Part shown: piece by piece, positions 9,192-17,313 of the stretch
Layout: the number at the start of each line of letters is the position of its first letter
Numbering within the stretch: position 1 is the first letter of the stretch
The notes under the pieces: model-generated
Told to the model about the DNA's origin: nothing
Database searches by the model: none
The model's input: only the letters and a program-made list of their open reading frames with translations
Source: Candidatus Woesebacteria bacterium
GTDB lineage: Bacteria > Patescibacteriota > Microgenomatia > UBA8517
NCBI GenBank assembly: GCA_020060565.1
Contig: JAGVAE010000002.1
Coordinates: forward strand, 307,270 to 371,269
Length of the DNA stretch: 64,000 nucleotides
Direction: 5' to 3'
Program-made: the position numbers and the translations under genes

Positions 9192-10351
9192 AAGAATATG
9201 GAAAAAAATTATTATTTCTCCTATTTGTCCTAATACTTCTTTTTGGGACATTTTCTATTGTTAAGGCGCAAGCTTGTAATAACGCAGAAGAATGTCAGAA
9301 ACTTATTGATGAATATTCAGACCAGATAACAATACTTCAAGGGCAGGCAAAAACTTTGAAAAATCAAATTGCTCAATTTGATGCTCAAATTAAGTTGACG
9401 ACATTAAAGATTAATCAAACTCAGGCTCAGATTAACCTTTTAGGCGGACGTATAGATCAACTTGAAATTTCTTTAAATGACTTAACCAAAGCTTTTTCTT
9501 CGCGCGTAGTAGAAACATATAAACTTTCAAAGTTTGAGAATAGCCTTTTTTTCTTCCTTGGCGCAGATGATATAAACGATGCAACTCAAAGATTTCATTA
9601 TTTGAAAAAAATAGAAGAAGAAGATAGAAATTTATTAAATAAACTTGAGATAGCACAAACTACATATAAGGGAGAAAAAACTGATCAGGAGGAACTACAA
9701 AAAAAACTTAAGGATCAACAAGCAAAACTAAATGCTCAAAAAACCGCAAAGAATAGCCTGCTGGCTGCAACTAAGAATGATGAGTCTAAATATCAGTCAC
9801 TTCTTTCTCAAGCAAAAGCACAGCTTTCTGCATTTAATAGATTCGTTGCTGGTCAGGGTGGAGCGTCAATTTTAAGTAATCAAACAAAATGTAGTTCTTG
9901 GGGTTGTTATTACAATCAAAGAGATTCTCAATGGGGGAATATTGGAATGGGTGGTTCATCGTATTCAATGGCTAGTTATGGATGTTTAGTCACCTCGGTA
10001 TCTATGATAGCCAGCCACTATAACAAAAATATTAAACCTGGAGATATTGCAGTCAACTCAGAAGCTTTTGTACCAAGCACTGGCTACTTGTATCACGATT
10101 TTAATGTAAATGGTGTCAAAGTAACAATTAACAGCGCCTCTAGGTCACTATTAGATAGTGAACTTTCAGCAGGAAGACCTGTTATCGCGGGATTGTATTC
10201 AGGTCCAGATCACTTCATAGTAATACTTAGGAAAGATGGAGATAAATATATAATGAACGATCCATTTATGGAAAATGGGGATGAGAAATCTCTAACTGAT
10301 AAATATAGCGTCTCAGATATTACAAGTCTTCGTTTGGTAAGTTTTAATTAA
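9188..10351 (+). CDS. Coiled-coil protein with a C-terminal papain-like (Peptidase_C39_2/CHAP-like) cysteine peptidase domain. Putative FtsEX-activated peptidoglycan hydrolase, analogous to EnvC/PcsB/RipC.
   Basis: Signal/transmembrane helix, about 200 aa of heptad-rich coiled coil (QAKTLKNQIAQFDAQIKLTTLKINQTQAQINLL...), then 'YSMASYGCLVTSVSMIASHY' (a Cys nucleophile block like C39_2 'CGPTSLAMVLSYYG') and a downstream 'DHFIVIL' His. Its start overlaps the ftsX stop (ATGA). Confidence 0.55.
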   Translation: MKEYGKKLLFLLFVLILLFGTFSIVKAQACNNAEECQKLIDEYSDQITILQGQAKTLKNQIAQFDAQIKLTTLKINQTQAQINLLGGRIDQLEISLNDLTKAFSSRVVETYKLSKFENSLFFFLGADDINDATQRFHYLKKIEEEDRNLLNKLEIAQTTYKGEKTDQEELQKKLKDQQAKLNAQKTAKNSLLAATKNDESKYQSLLSQAKAQLSAFNRFVAGQGGASILSNQTKCSSWGCYYNQRDSQWGNIGMGGSSYSMASYGCLVTSVSMIASHYNKNIKPGDIAVNSEAFVPSTGYLYHDFNVNGVKVTINSASRSLLDSELSAGRPVIAGLYSGPDHFIVILRKDGDKYIMNDPFMENGDEKSLTDKYSVSDITSLRLVSFN

Positions 10352-10395
10352 CATTTCTCTCCAAAAGTAGTAATGTAAGATAACTATTAGTTTCA

Positions 10396-11199
10396 ATGAT
10401 TCGAATAATTAAAGTCCTGTTGAGTTTAATATTAATTGGATTATTTAACCCTTTGTCGGTTTCAAGAGTTTTTGCACAAGTAGTTATTAATGAATTTGTA
10501 ATAAACGGAAGCCCTGAATGGGTAGAATTTTATAATGCGAGTTCTTCTGCTGATTATATAAAGAATTATTATATAGACGATGACATTAGTTTTATGGATG
10601 ATTCCGGAACCGGAACAAGAAAATCATTATCGTTACTGAATGTTTCAAATCCTACATATCCATTTATTGAAACTTCGTCTTTTTTCAACAATCCTGGGGA
10701 TTGGGTTGTATTATTTGACCAAAGTGGAAATATTTTAGATCAATATCAATATACATCTGACCCAGGAAAAGATATATCAATTGGAAGGTACCCTGATAAT
10801 GCAGGAACATTTTCAGTTTTGGCATATTCGACAAAAGCTGATGGAAATTCTGCGCCCTCTACCCCTGTTCCCACTTCCACTTCTCAGCCCACTAATACTC
10901 CAACTCCAACCTCAACTCCAATTTCTACCCCAATTCCAACAAAAACTCCCATCCCAACTCCAACCAAAGCACCAACAATGACACCAACTCCAACCATAAG
11001 CCCTACCGGGGAATCATCTACTGCTTCAGGAGACGTTTTAGGATCTGAAGCTGTCATAGATAGTCCTTCACCTGTCTCTGAAAATAAAAATATAGTTATT
11101 GCTATTGTTTTTGTAGGATTGGGAACAATACTGATTGGAGGATCTATTTATTGGGTCATTAGAACTTCCAAGTCAGCCAAACCCCAGAATGATATATAA
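10396..11199 (+). CDS. Lamin-tail-domain (LTD) surface protein with a Pro/Thr-rich linker and a C-terminal transmembrane anchor.
   Basis: Signal peptide, then 'VVINEFVINGSPEWVEFYNAS', the LTD signature. The linker is PTSTSQPTNTPTPTSTPISTPIPTKTPIPTPTKAPT, followed by a C-terminal helix IVIAIVFVGLGTILIGG. Confidence 0.5.
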   Translation: MIRIIKVLLSLILIGLFNPLSVSRVFAQVVINEFVINGSPEWVEFYNASSSADYIKNYYIDDDISFMDDSGTGTRKSLSLLNVSNPTYPFIETSSFFNNPGDWVVLFDQSGNILDQYQYTSDPGKDISIGRYPDNAGTFSVLAYSTKADGNSAPSTPVPTSTSQPTNTPTPTSTPISTPIPTKTPIPTPTKAPTMTPTPTISPTGESSTASGDVLGSEAVIDSPSPVSENKNIVIAIVFVGLGTILIGGSIYWVIRTSKSAKPQNDI

Positions 11200-11208
11200 T
11201 GTTTTATC

Positions 11209-11646
11209 GTGCTCACTAAAATTGTAAAAAGCAAAATTGCAAAACAAATAAATGCTTGGCTTCCAGTGATTCTGTGGGCGGCTCTTATATTTCGTTTTTC
11301 TTCTGGAACAATTCCTTTAGCATCTGCAGTTCATTGGCAGGACTTTTTAGTTAAAAAGACTGGGCATATTTTACTCTTTGGAGCTCTTGCGGTTTTGATT
11401 TATAGAGGACTGAGAATGGAAGGAGTTAGTAGAAAAAGATCGGCAATCTATGCTGTTATTTCAGCTATTTTGTACGGTGCTACTGATGAGTATCACCAAA
11501 TGTACACACAAGGAAGAGAATCGCATATGAGAGACGTTTTTATTGACGGCGGGGGGGCGACTCTGATAATCTTGGCATTGTATTATTTACCACCAAAATT
11601 GTCGGTGAAAATGCATTCGGTTTTTCATAAATTTAATTTGGATTAA
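11209..11646 (+). CDS. VanZ-like family membrane protein. GTG start as in the track.
   Basis: Four transmembrane helices, with 'GHILLFGALAVLIYRG' and 'YGATDEYHQMYTQGR' matching the VanZ family consensus. It contains a G7 tract at 11551-11557. Confidence 0.6.
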   Translation: MLTKIVKSKIAKQINAWLPVILWAALIFRFSSGTIPLASAVHWQDFLVKKTGHILLFGALAVLIYRGLRMEGVSRKRSAIYAVISAILYGATDEYHQMYTQGRESHMRDVFIDGGGATLIILALYYLPPKLSVKMHSVFHKFNLD

Positions 11647-11652
11647 AAAAAA

Positions 11653-11739
11653 ATGCAAAAAATATTAGTAACTGGAGGTGCAGGATACATTGGGAGCTTT
11701 ACGACGAAGACGAAAGCGACCAATTATAATTATGAATAA
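11653..11739 (+). other. A 28-codon upstream ORF whose first 16 codons (MQKILVTGGAGYIGSF) duplicate the GalE N-terminus. Its stop (TAA 11737-11739) overlaps the galE ATG (11732).
   Basis: Direct reading: atg caa aaa ata tta gta act gga ggt gca gga tac att ggg agc ttt, then the GC-rich stretch acgacgaagacgaaagcgacc, then taa. Its 3' half is nearly identical to the galE 5' end. Confidence 0.3.
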
Positions 11740-12718
11740 AATACTTGTTACAGGTGGAGCAGGTTACATTGGGAGCTTTATGGTTCGTGAACTTAAAGAT
11801 AAAGGATTTGATCCAGTTATTCTTGACAATCTTTCACAGGGACATAAGGAGTCTGTTTCAAATTTCCGTTTAGAGGTAATAGATTTGGTTACTGAGAAAG
11901 AAAAGCTTGATAATCTTTTATCTAACGAAAAATTTGACGGAGTAATACACATGGCAAGCTTTATTCAAATGGGGGAATCGTATAAAGATCCAGCTAAGTA
12001 TTATATGAATAATGTTTTTGGATTCATGAATCTAATGGATTCAATGAAAGAACATGGTGTTGGGAAAATAATTTTATCCTCATCGGCGGGTGTGTATGGG
12101 AATCCAGAAAAGGTTCCAATTAAAGAAGGTGATGTTAAAAACCCACTAAACCCATATGGTGAAACAAAATACATTATGGAAAGAATGCTTGAAGACTATG
12201 ATACCGCCTACGGTATTAAGTTTATTTCTATCAGGTATTTTAATGCGGCGGGAGCAGCAGTTGACGGTTCAATCGGAGAGGACCATCCAGAAGAAAGCCA
12301 TCTTATTCCAAATATAATAAAATCAGTTTTATCTGGTACAGAATTTACCTTATTTGGTAACAATTATGATACTCCTGATGGAACTTGTGTTCGAGATTAT
12401 ATTCATGTTTTAGATTTAGTTAACGCCCATTCAATAGCAATGGAAAAATTGCTAGCAGGTTCAGCTAGTGCTTTTTATAATGCAGGAATGGGGGAGGGAC
12501 ATTCAAATATGGAGATAATAAAAACTGTAGAAGAAGTGGTGAAAACTGGAGTCAAGGTAAGGGTTTTACCTAAAAGAGAAGGAGACGCTAATATTTTATA
12601 TGCAGATATTGAAAAAATTAAGAATGAACTTGGGTGGCAACCGAAGAATTCGATAGTTGACATAGTCAAAACTGCATACCTCTGGCACAAGACCCATCCA
12701 AGTGGCTATAATGGTTAG
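11732..12718 (+). CDS. galE: UDP-glucose 4-epimerase. Start taken at ATG 11732 rather than the track's 11678.
   Basis: 'MNKILVTGGAGYIGSF' Rossmann motif, 'SSSAGVYG', 'YGETKYIMERML' (the YxxxK catalytic site), 'HVLDLVNAH'. Confidence 0.8.
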   Translation: MNKILVTGGAGYIGSFMVRELKDKGFDPVILDNLSQGHKESVSNFRLEVIDLVTEKEKLDNLLSNEKFDGVIHMASFIQMGESYKDPAKYYMNNVFGFMNLMDSMKEHGVGKIILSSSAGVYGNPEKVPIKEGDVKNPLNPYGETKYIMERMLEDYDTAYGIKFISIRYFNAAGAAVDGSIGEDHPEESHLIPNIIKSVLSGTEFTLFGNNYDTPDGTCVRDYIHVLDLVNAHSIAMEKLLAGSASAFYNAGMGEGHSNMEIIKTVEEVVKTGVKVRVLPKREGDANILYADIEKIKNELGWQPKNSIVDIVKTAYLWHKTHPSGYNG

Positions 12719-12720
12719 AA

Positions 12721-13635
12721 ATGTTCGTTCTTAAATTACTTGTCCATTATTTCATACCTCACGAGAGCAATAATCAGAAGGCAAAAGTTTTACATCCCAA
12801 AAGCTTAGGTTTAATTGCTATTTTTCTTATTGCTTTTCAATTTGTTGTTAGTTTGGGAAATACTTCTTTTCCTCAAGTATTGGGATATGCAGCTAATATT
12901 GTACCAAGTGAGGTTGTTCGTCAAACCAATGCCCAAAGGTCAGCGGTCGGACTTTCACCCCTTACTGAAAACTCTGATCTTAGTTCAGCTGCCATAGCCA
13001 AAGGAAATGATATGTTGGCAAAAGGGTATTGGGCACATTTTGCCCCAGATGGAACAAGTCCCTGGACATTCTTTACCCAATTTGGATACAAGTATCAGTA
13101 TGCTGGAGAAAATTTGGCTCGGGATTTTTCGGATGTTTCAAGTGCAATAAATGCCTGGATGAGCTCACCGACACATAAGGAAAATATATTAAATCCACAT
13201 TATAAAGAAATTGGTATAGGGGTAGTTGAAGGTTCTTTGGCTGGAGCAAATACCACAATAATAGTACAGTTTTTTGGAACTTCTCTTTCAGGTTCCCCTT
13301 CAGTCCCAGTTGCCAAAGCAAAAGAAACAATGATTGTTTCAAATGAGTCACCAAAACCGATTGCGCAAGTTTCGACTCCGGTTCCGTTACCTTTACAAAC
13401 TTCTGGAGTAGAAGCTGTAACTGGAGTAACTAAGTTTACAAGTTCTCCCTTCTCTTTTACTAAAAATTTGTCATTAGCGGTTGTTGGTATTCTTCTTTTG
13501 GTTTTATCTATTGACTTGGCAGTAGTTAGACGTAAAAGAATTGCTAGGATTGGGGGGCGTACTTTAGCGCATATCAGCTATCTTGGAATGATTTTGGCCG
13601 TTATACTAATATTAAAAGCAGGACAAATTATTTGA
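12721..13635 (+). CDS. CAP/SCP/PR1-domain (YkwD-like) protein with transmembrane segments at both the N- and C-terminus.
   Basis: 'VVRQTNAQRSAVGLSPLTENSDLSSAAIAKGNDMLAKGYWAHFAPDG...GENLARDF...SSPTHKENILNPHYKEIGIGV', the CAP-domain signature blocks. Confidence 0.6.
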   Translation: MFVLKLLVHYFIPHESNNQKAKVLHPKSLGLIAIFLIAFQFVVSLGNTSFPQVLGYAANIVPSEVVRQTNAQRSAVGLSPLTENSDLSSAAIAKGNDMLAKGYWAHFAPDGTSPWTFFTQFGYKYQYAGENLARDFSDVSSAINAWMSSPTHKENILNPHYKEIGIGVVEGSLAGANTTIIVQFFGTSLSGSPSVPVAKAKETMIVSNESPKPIAQVSTPVPLPLQTSGVEAVTGVTKFTSSPFSFTKNLSLAVVGILLLVLSIDLAVVRRKRIARIGGRTLAHISYLGMILAVILILKAGQII

Positions 13636-13637
13636 CA

Positions 13638-13898
13638 ATGAAAACATTTGTAAAACATCTACCTCACTACCTAACTCTTTTTGGCATCATATTTGCTGGA
13701 TTTGCCGGCCTTATTTTATTTTCTTATGACAAATATTTTCAGCTAAGTATTGGTGTAGCCGCAGCTTCTGCCTACGTAGCTTGGGGGGTGGTCCACCATA
13801 TCCTTCATAAAGATTTTTATTTTGAGATTCTTCTCGAATACCTGGCGGTTGCTATTTTAGGTCTCACAATTGTTTTTTCGTTGATTATTAGGTCATGA
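13638..13898 (+). CDS. Small hypothetical membrane protein of about 86 aa.
   Basis: Two or three hydrophobic helices, no domain recognised. Confidence 0.3.
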   Translation: MKTFVKHLPHYLTLFGIIFAGFAGLILFSYDKYFQLSIGVAAASAYVAWGVVHHILHKDFYFEILLEYLAVAILGLTIVFSLIIRS

Positions 13899-13916
13899 TA
13901 TAATACGATTTACATC

Positions 13917-14807
13917 ATGCAAAAAATTACAAAAGCAGTAATCCCAGCAGCCGGTTTTGGTACAAGATTTCTTCCTCAAACCAAAGCTATGCCAAAAGAA
14001 ATGCTTCCTATTGTTGATAAACCTATTATTCAATACATTGTGGAGGAATTGGTGGACGTTGGTATCAAAGATATCATTATTGTTACAGGCTATCACAAAC
14101 GCACCATTGAAGATCACTTTGATTACCCTAACCTTGATTTAGTTGAGAATTTAAAAATGGGAGGGGAAAAGAAACGCCCAATGCTTGAAGAAGTTGAAAA
14201 AATTGCCAATATGGCAAATTTTGTATACGTTAGACAAAAAGGTCCATACGGAAATGGTACACCACTTCTAAATGTAAAAAGTATGATTGGAAACGAACCC
14301 TTTATTTATACATGGAGTGATGATTTTATAGTGGCAAAACCTTCAAGATTTAAACAACTATTGTCAGCGTATGAAAAGTATGGTTGTAGCTGTTTATCTG
14401 GAGTAAAAGCTAATAAAGATGAAGATTATATAAGATATGGTTTTGTTGGAGGAGACAAGCTTGAACCTGGGATAATTGATGCAAAGGTTCTTGTTGAAAA
14501 ACCAGGCCGTGAGAATGCTCCGTCAGATCTAGCAACTGTTTCAGGGTTTTTATTTACTCCAGACATTTTTAATTATTTGGATAAAGTCCTTGACAATCTG
14601 GAGTCTGGAAAAGAGTTTTATTACAATGATGCTCTAAAGCTTATGCTTGAGGATGGTAAGCGTGTTTTGGGAGTCGAAATTGCCGATGGGAAATATTATG
14701 ACACAGGAAATAAAATCGAATATCTTAAAACCGTTGTAGAATTTGCCCTTAACCATAAAGAGCTTAATGGTAAATTTAGAGAGTATCTTAAAAGCCTTCA
14801 AATATGA
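13917..14807 (+). CDS. galU: UTP--glucose-1-phosphate uridylyltransferase.
   Basis: 'AVIPAAGFGTRFLPQTKAMPKEMLPIVDKPIIQYIVEE' is the classical GalU N-terminus. Confidence 0.8.
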   Translation: MQKITKAVIPAAGFGTRFLPQTKAMPKEMLPIVDKPIIQYIVEELVDVGIKDIIIVTGYHKRTIEDHFDYPNLDLVENLKMGGEKKRPMLEEVEKIANMANFVYVRQKGPYGNGTPLLNVKSMIGNEPFIYTWSDDFIVAKPSRFKQLLSAYEKYGCSCLSGVKANKDEDYIRYGFVGGDKLEPGIIDAKVLVEKPGRENAPSDLATVSGFLFTPDIFNYLDKVLDNLESGKEFYYNDALKLMLEDGKRVLGVEIADGKYYDTGNKIEYLKTVVEFALNHKELNGKFREYLKSLQI

Positions 14808-16723
14808 AACTACTTGTAACCGGCGCCGCGGGATTTATAGGGGCAAACTTTGTACACTATTGGGTTGATAAATACCCAAAGGATGAGATAAGGGTAATTG
14901 ATGCATTAACTTATGCGGGCAATATCGAAAATCTTGCACCTGTTATTAAAAAAATAGATTTTATTGAAGCAGATATTAATGATAGATCAAAAGTTGCGGG
15001 TGCAATGAAAGGGGTGGACGCTGTAATTCATTTTGCTGCAGAAAGCCATGTAGACAGAAGTGTCTTTGATCCCTCAAGGTACTGGCAGACTAATGTTCAT
15101 GGAACTGTTACCCTTCTTGAAGAAGCACATAAACTAGGAATAAACCGCTTCCATCACATTTCAACAGATGAAGTTTACGGTGAGCTTCCACTCCTTTCAG
15201 ATGAAAAATTTAGTGAAAAAACTCCGTATGCTCCCAGACCCGACAACTTATATGCATTAAGTAAAGCTGAAGCTGACAAATTGGTTTTAGAGTTTTATAA
15301 AAAGACTGATATGTATATTACAATTTCAAATTGCTCGAATAATTACGGGCCATATCAATTTCCTGAGAAGTTTATTCCTATCGTTGTCACTAATTTGATT
15401 GATGGTATTCAAATTCCGATTCATGGGGATGGTAGAAATGTTCGTGATTGGATTCATACCAAAGATCATGCAAACGCAATTGATCTAATTCTTCAAAAAG
15501 GTAAAAAGGGAGAAACGTATCTTGTTGGGTCAAATAATGACAGGGATAATAACTACATAGCAGAAAAAATGGTTTCACTTTACGGCGAGGATCCAAATAC
15601 CATTCGCCACGTACCAGATAGACACAGCAATGACAGAAGATACGCAATTGATGCCACAAAAATTATTCAGGAATTAGGTTGGAAGCCAGAGGTTGATAGG
15701 GATAATTTTGATGACGGATTGAAAGAAACAATTGATTGGTATAGAGATAATCAGGATTGGTGGAGACCGCTTCTAAAGAGACGCGCAGTAATTTCAGATG
15801 AAAATAAATCGGTAAGTGCTTTTATCACATTGAACCGCGAGACTGGCAAAACTAAATTTATTTTTGGAAAACTTGAGGCCAAGGAAAAAATAACCCTTCC
15901 CAAAAATGACCTTAAGGAACATTTTGTAGAAGCAAATATAGTAAGGCATGAGATGGTTATCAAAAATTTGGAATCCAAAAAGTGGTATCAAGACAGTTCA
16001 GATGAAATAAAAGACGAGATTAAAGCACTTGCCATGAATCCTTCAACTTTTGGTTATGCTGAGGATCTATCGTCTCATGAGGAAAAAATTGGAAAAGATA
16101 CATTACTTAAACTAATCAAAATTGAGCATGCTCCCAATGAATATGGAATATATGGAATAGGTACATGGTTTGTAGTAGAGAATGAAAAAGGAGACAAAAG
16201 GTCTGAAGGTTATTATTCATGGGGATGGGGTCCAAAGAGCGGTGCTAAGCTTTTGGTTCTAGTCAGAAGAAATGGAGAAATTACCCATTTTGCATTTCAA
16301 AGAGAAGGAAAGTTCCCAACAGGATCTATTGAATATAACCTAGCAGGAGGGTTCCCAAAGTTAAATGAAAGTGTTTTAAATTTTATTTTAAGATCATTAA
16401 AGAAAGATTTGGGATTGGATGTACAAAAAGAAAACATCACTCTAAATGAAATTGTAAGTCTTGGTCGTGTAGCACCTGACTCAGGAATGACAAACAATCA
16501 CCCAAATTTGTATGCCGTAATAGTTGATTTTGAGGATGATGTTTATCCCGATGTTACCGAGGGGGTCAAGTTTGAAGAGAATGAGGGAATAGTTCTCTGG
16601 CCAATAAGTGAAACATCTGAGATTGTTAGTAAATGTGATGACGCCTACTTCTTAGCGGCAATGGCAAGACTTGATTTATCTGGGATATATACTATAAATT
16701 TGACTGAGGATAGAAAGGACTAA
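14804..16723 (+). CDS. rfbB: dTDP-glucose 4,6-dehydratase (RmlB, residues about 1-325) fused to a roughly 310-aa C-terminal extension that ends in a degenerate Nudix-hydrolase-like box.
   Basis: RmlB: 'LLVTGAAGFIGANF', 'HFAAESHVDRS', 'YALSKAEADKL', and a terminal 'IDWYRDNQDWWRPL'. In the extension, 'GGFPKLNESVLNFILRSLKKDLGL' fits Gx5Ex7R[ES]uxEExGu with substitutions. Confidence 0.7.
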   Translation: MKLLVTGAAGFIGANFVHYWVDKYPKDEIRVIDALTYAGNIENLAPVIKKIDFIEADINDRSKVAGAMKGVDAVIHFAAESHVDRSVFDPSRYWQTNVHGTVTLLEEAHKLGINRFHHISTDEVYGELPLLSDEKFSEKTPYAPRPDNLYALSKAEADKLVLEFYKKTDMYITISNCSNNYGPYQFPEKFIPIVVTNLIDGIQIPIHGDGRNVRDWIHTKDHANAIDLILQKGKKGETYLVGSNNDRDNNYIAEKMVSLYGEDPNTIRHVPDRHSNDRRYAIDATKIIQELGWKPEVDRDNFDDGLKETIDWYRDNQDWWRPLLKRRAVISDENKSVSAFITLNRETGKTKFIFGKLEAKEKITLPKNDLKEHFVEANIVRHEMVIKNLESKKWYQDSSDEIKDEIKALAMNPSTFGYAEDLSSHEEKIGKDTLLKLIKIEHAPNEYGIYGIGTWFVVENEKGDKRSEGYYSWGWGPKSGAKLLVLVRRNGEITHFAFQREGKFPTGSIEYNLAGGFPKLNESVLNFILRSLKKDLGLDVQKENITLNEIVSLGRVAPDSGMTNNHPNLYAVIVDFEDDVYPDVTEGVKFEENEGIVLWPISETSEIVSKCDDAYFLAAMARLDLSGIYTINLTEDRKD

Positions 16724-16728
16724 TAAGT

Positions 16729-17313
16729 ATGATGAGATTTGATCCCTTCAAACACGTTAAAAAAACTGGAATTGACGGAGTTGTTTTAATTGAACGACCA
16801 ATTTTGGGAGATGCTCGTGGTTTTCTTCACGAACCGTACAACAAGGAAGAACTAAAAGTTGCAACGGGGGTAGAGTTTAACCCAGTTCAATGGACACATG
16901 CGTATATAAAACCTGGGGTAATAAAAGCAGTTCATTCTGAAGATTGGAATAAATTAATCTATCCCATAACTGGAATTTTGTATGCCCCAATTTGTGATTT
17001 AAGGCCTGATAGTCCCACATTTGGAAAAGTGGAGTATATAAAAATAGACAATACTAAAGAAGATTCCCTCCGCCAGGCGTTGTTTCTACCTTCAGGAGGA
17101 ATAGGAAACTCCATTTGTACGTTGGGAACTGAAATGATGCATTATTTTTATTTAATTGATGAATATTGGGACGATGCAAAGGCTAGAGGGATTGCCTGGA
17201 ATGATCCAGACTTAAATATAAAATGGCCTATCGAAAGTCCAATTCTTTCAGAACGCGATCAAAATAATCCAACCTTAAGAGAGGTTTTTCCAGAGAAATT
17301 TACTTCTAAATGA
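16729..17313 (+). CDS. rfbC: dTDP-4-dehydrorhamnose 3,5-epimerase-like (RmlC cupin).
   Basis: Size of 194 aa, its position between rmlB and rmlD, and 'GVVLIERPILGDARGFLHEPYN'. Confidence 0.55.
   Translation: MMRFDPFKHVKKTGIDGVVLIERPILGDARGFLHEPYNKEELKVATGVEFNPVQWTHAYIKPGVIKAVHSEDWNKLIYPITGILYAPICDLRPDSPTFGKVEYIKIDNTKEDSLRQALFLPSGGIGNSICTLGTEMMHYFYLIDEYWDDAKARGIAWNDPDLNIKWPIESPILSERDQNNPTLREVFPEKFTSK

Noticed and set aside
10850-10990. Repetitive 'actccaac / ccaactcca' DNA that might look like short direct repeats or an array.
   Set aside because: It is simply the codons of the Pro/Thr-rich linker of the LTD protein, low-complexity coding sequence. There are no regular spacer-repeat units, so it is not CRISPR.
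11678-11731. The ORF track's N-terminal extension of galE (MQDTLGALRRRRKRPIIIMNK...).
   Set aside because: The extension would translate the GC-rich insert in a frame that gives an Arg-rich junk peptide. The canonical GalE N-terminus MNKILVTGGAGYIG starts at ATG 11732, so I used 11732.
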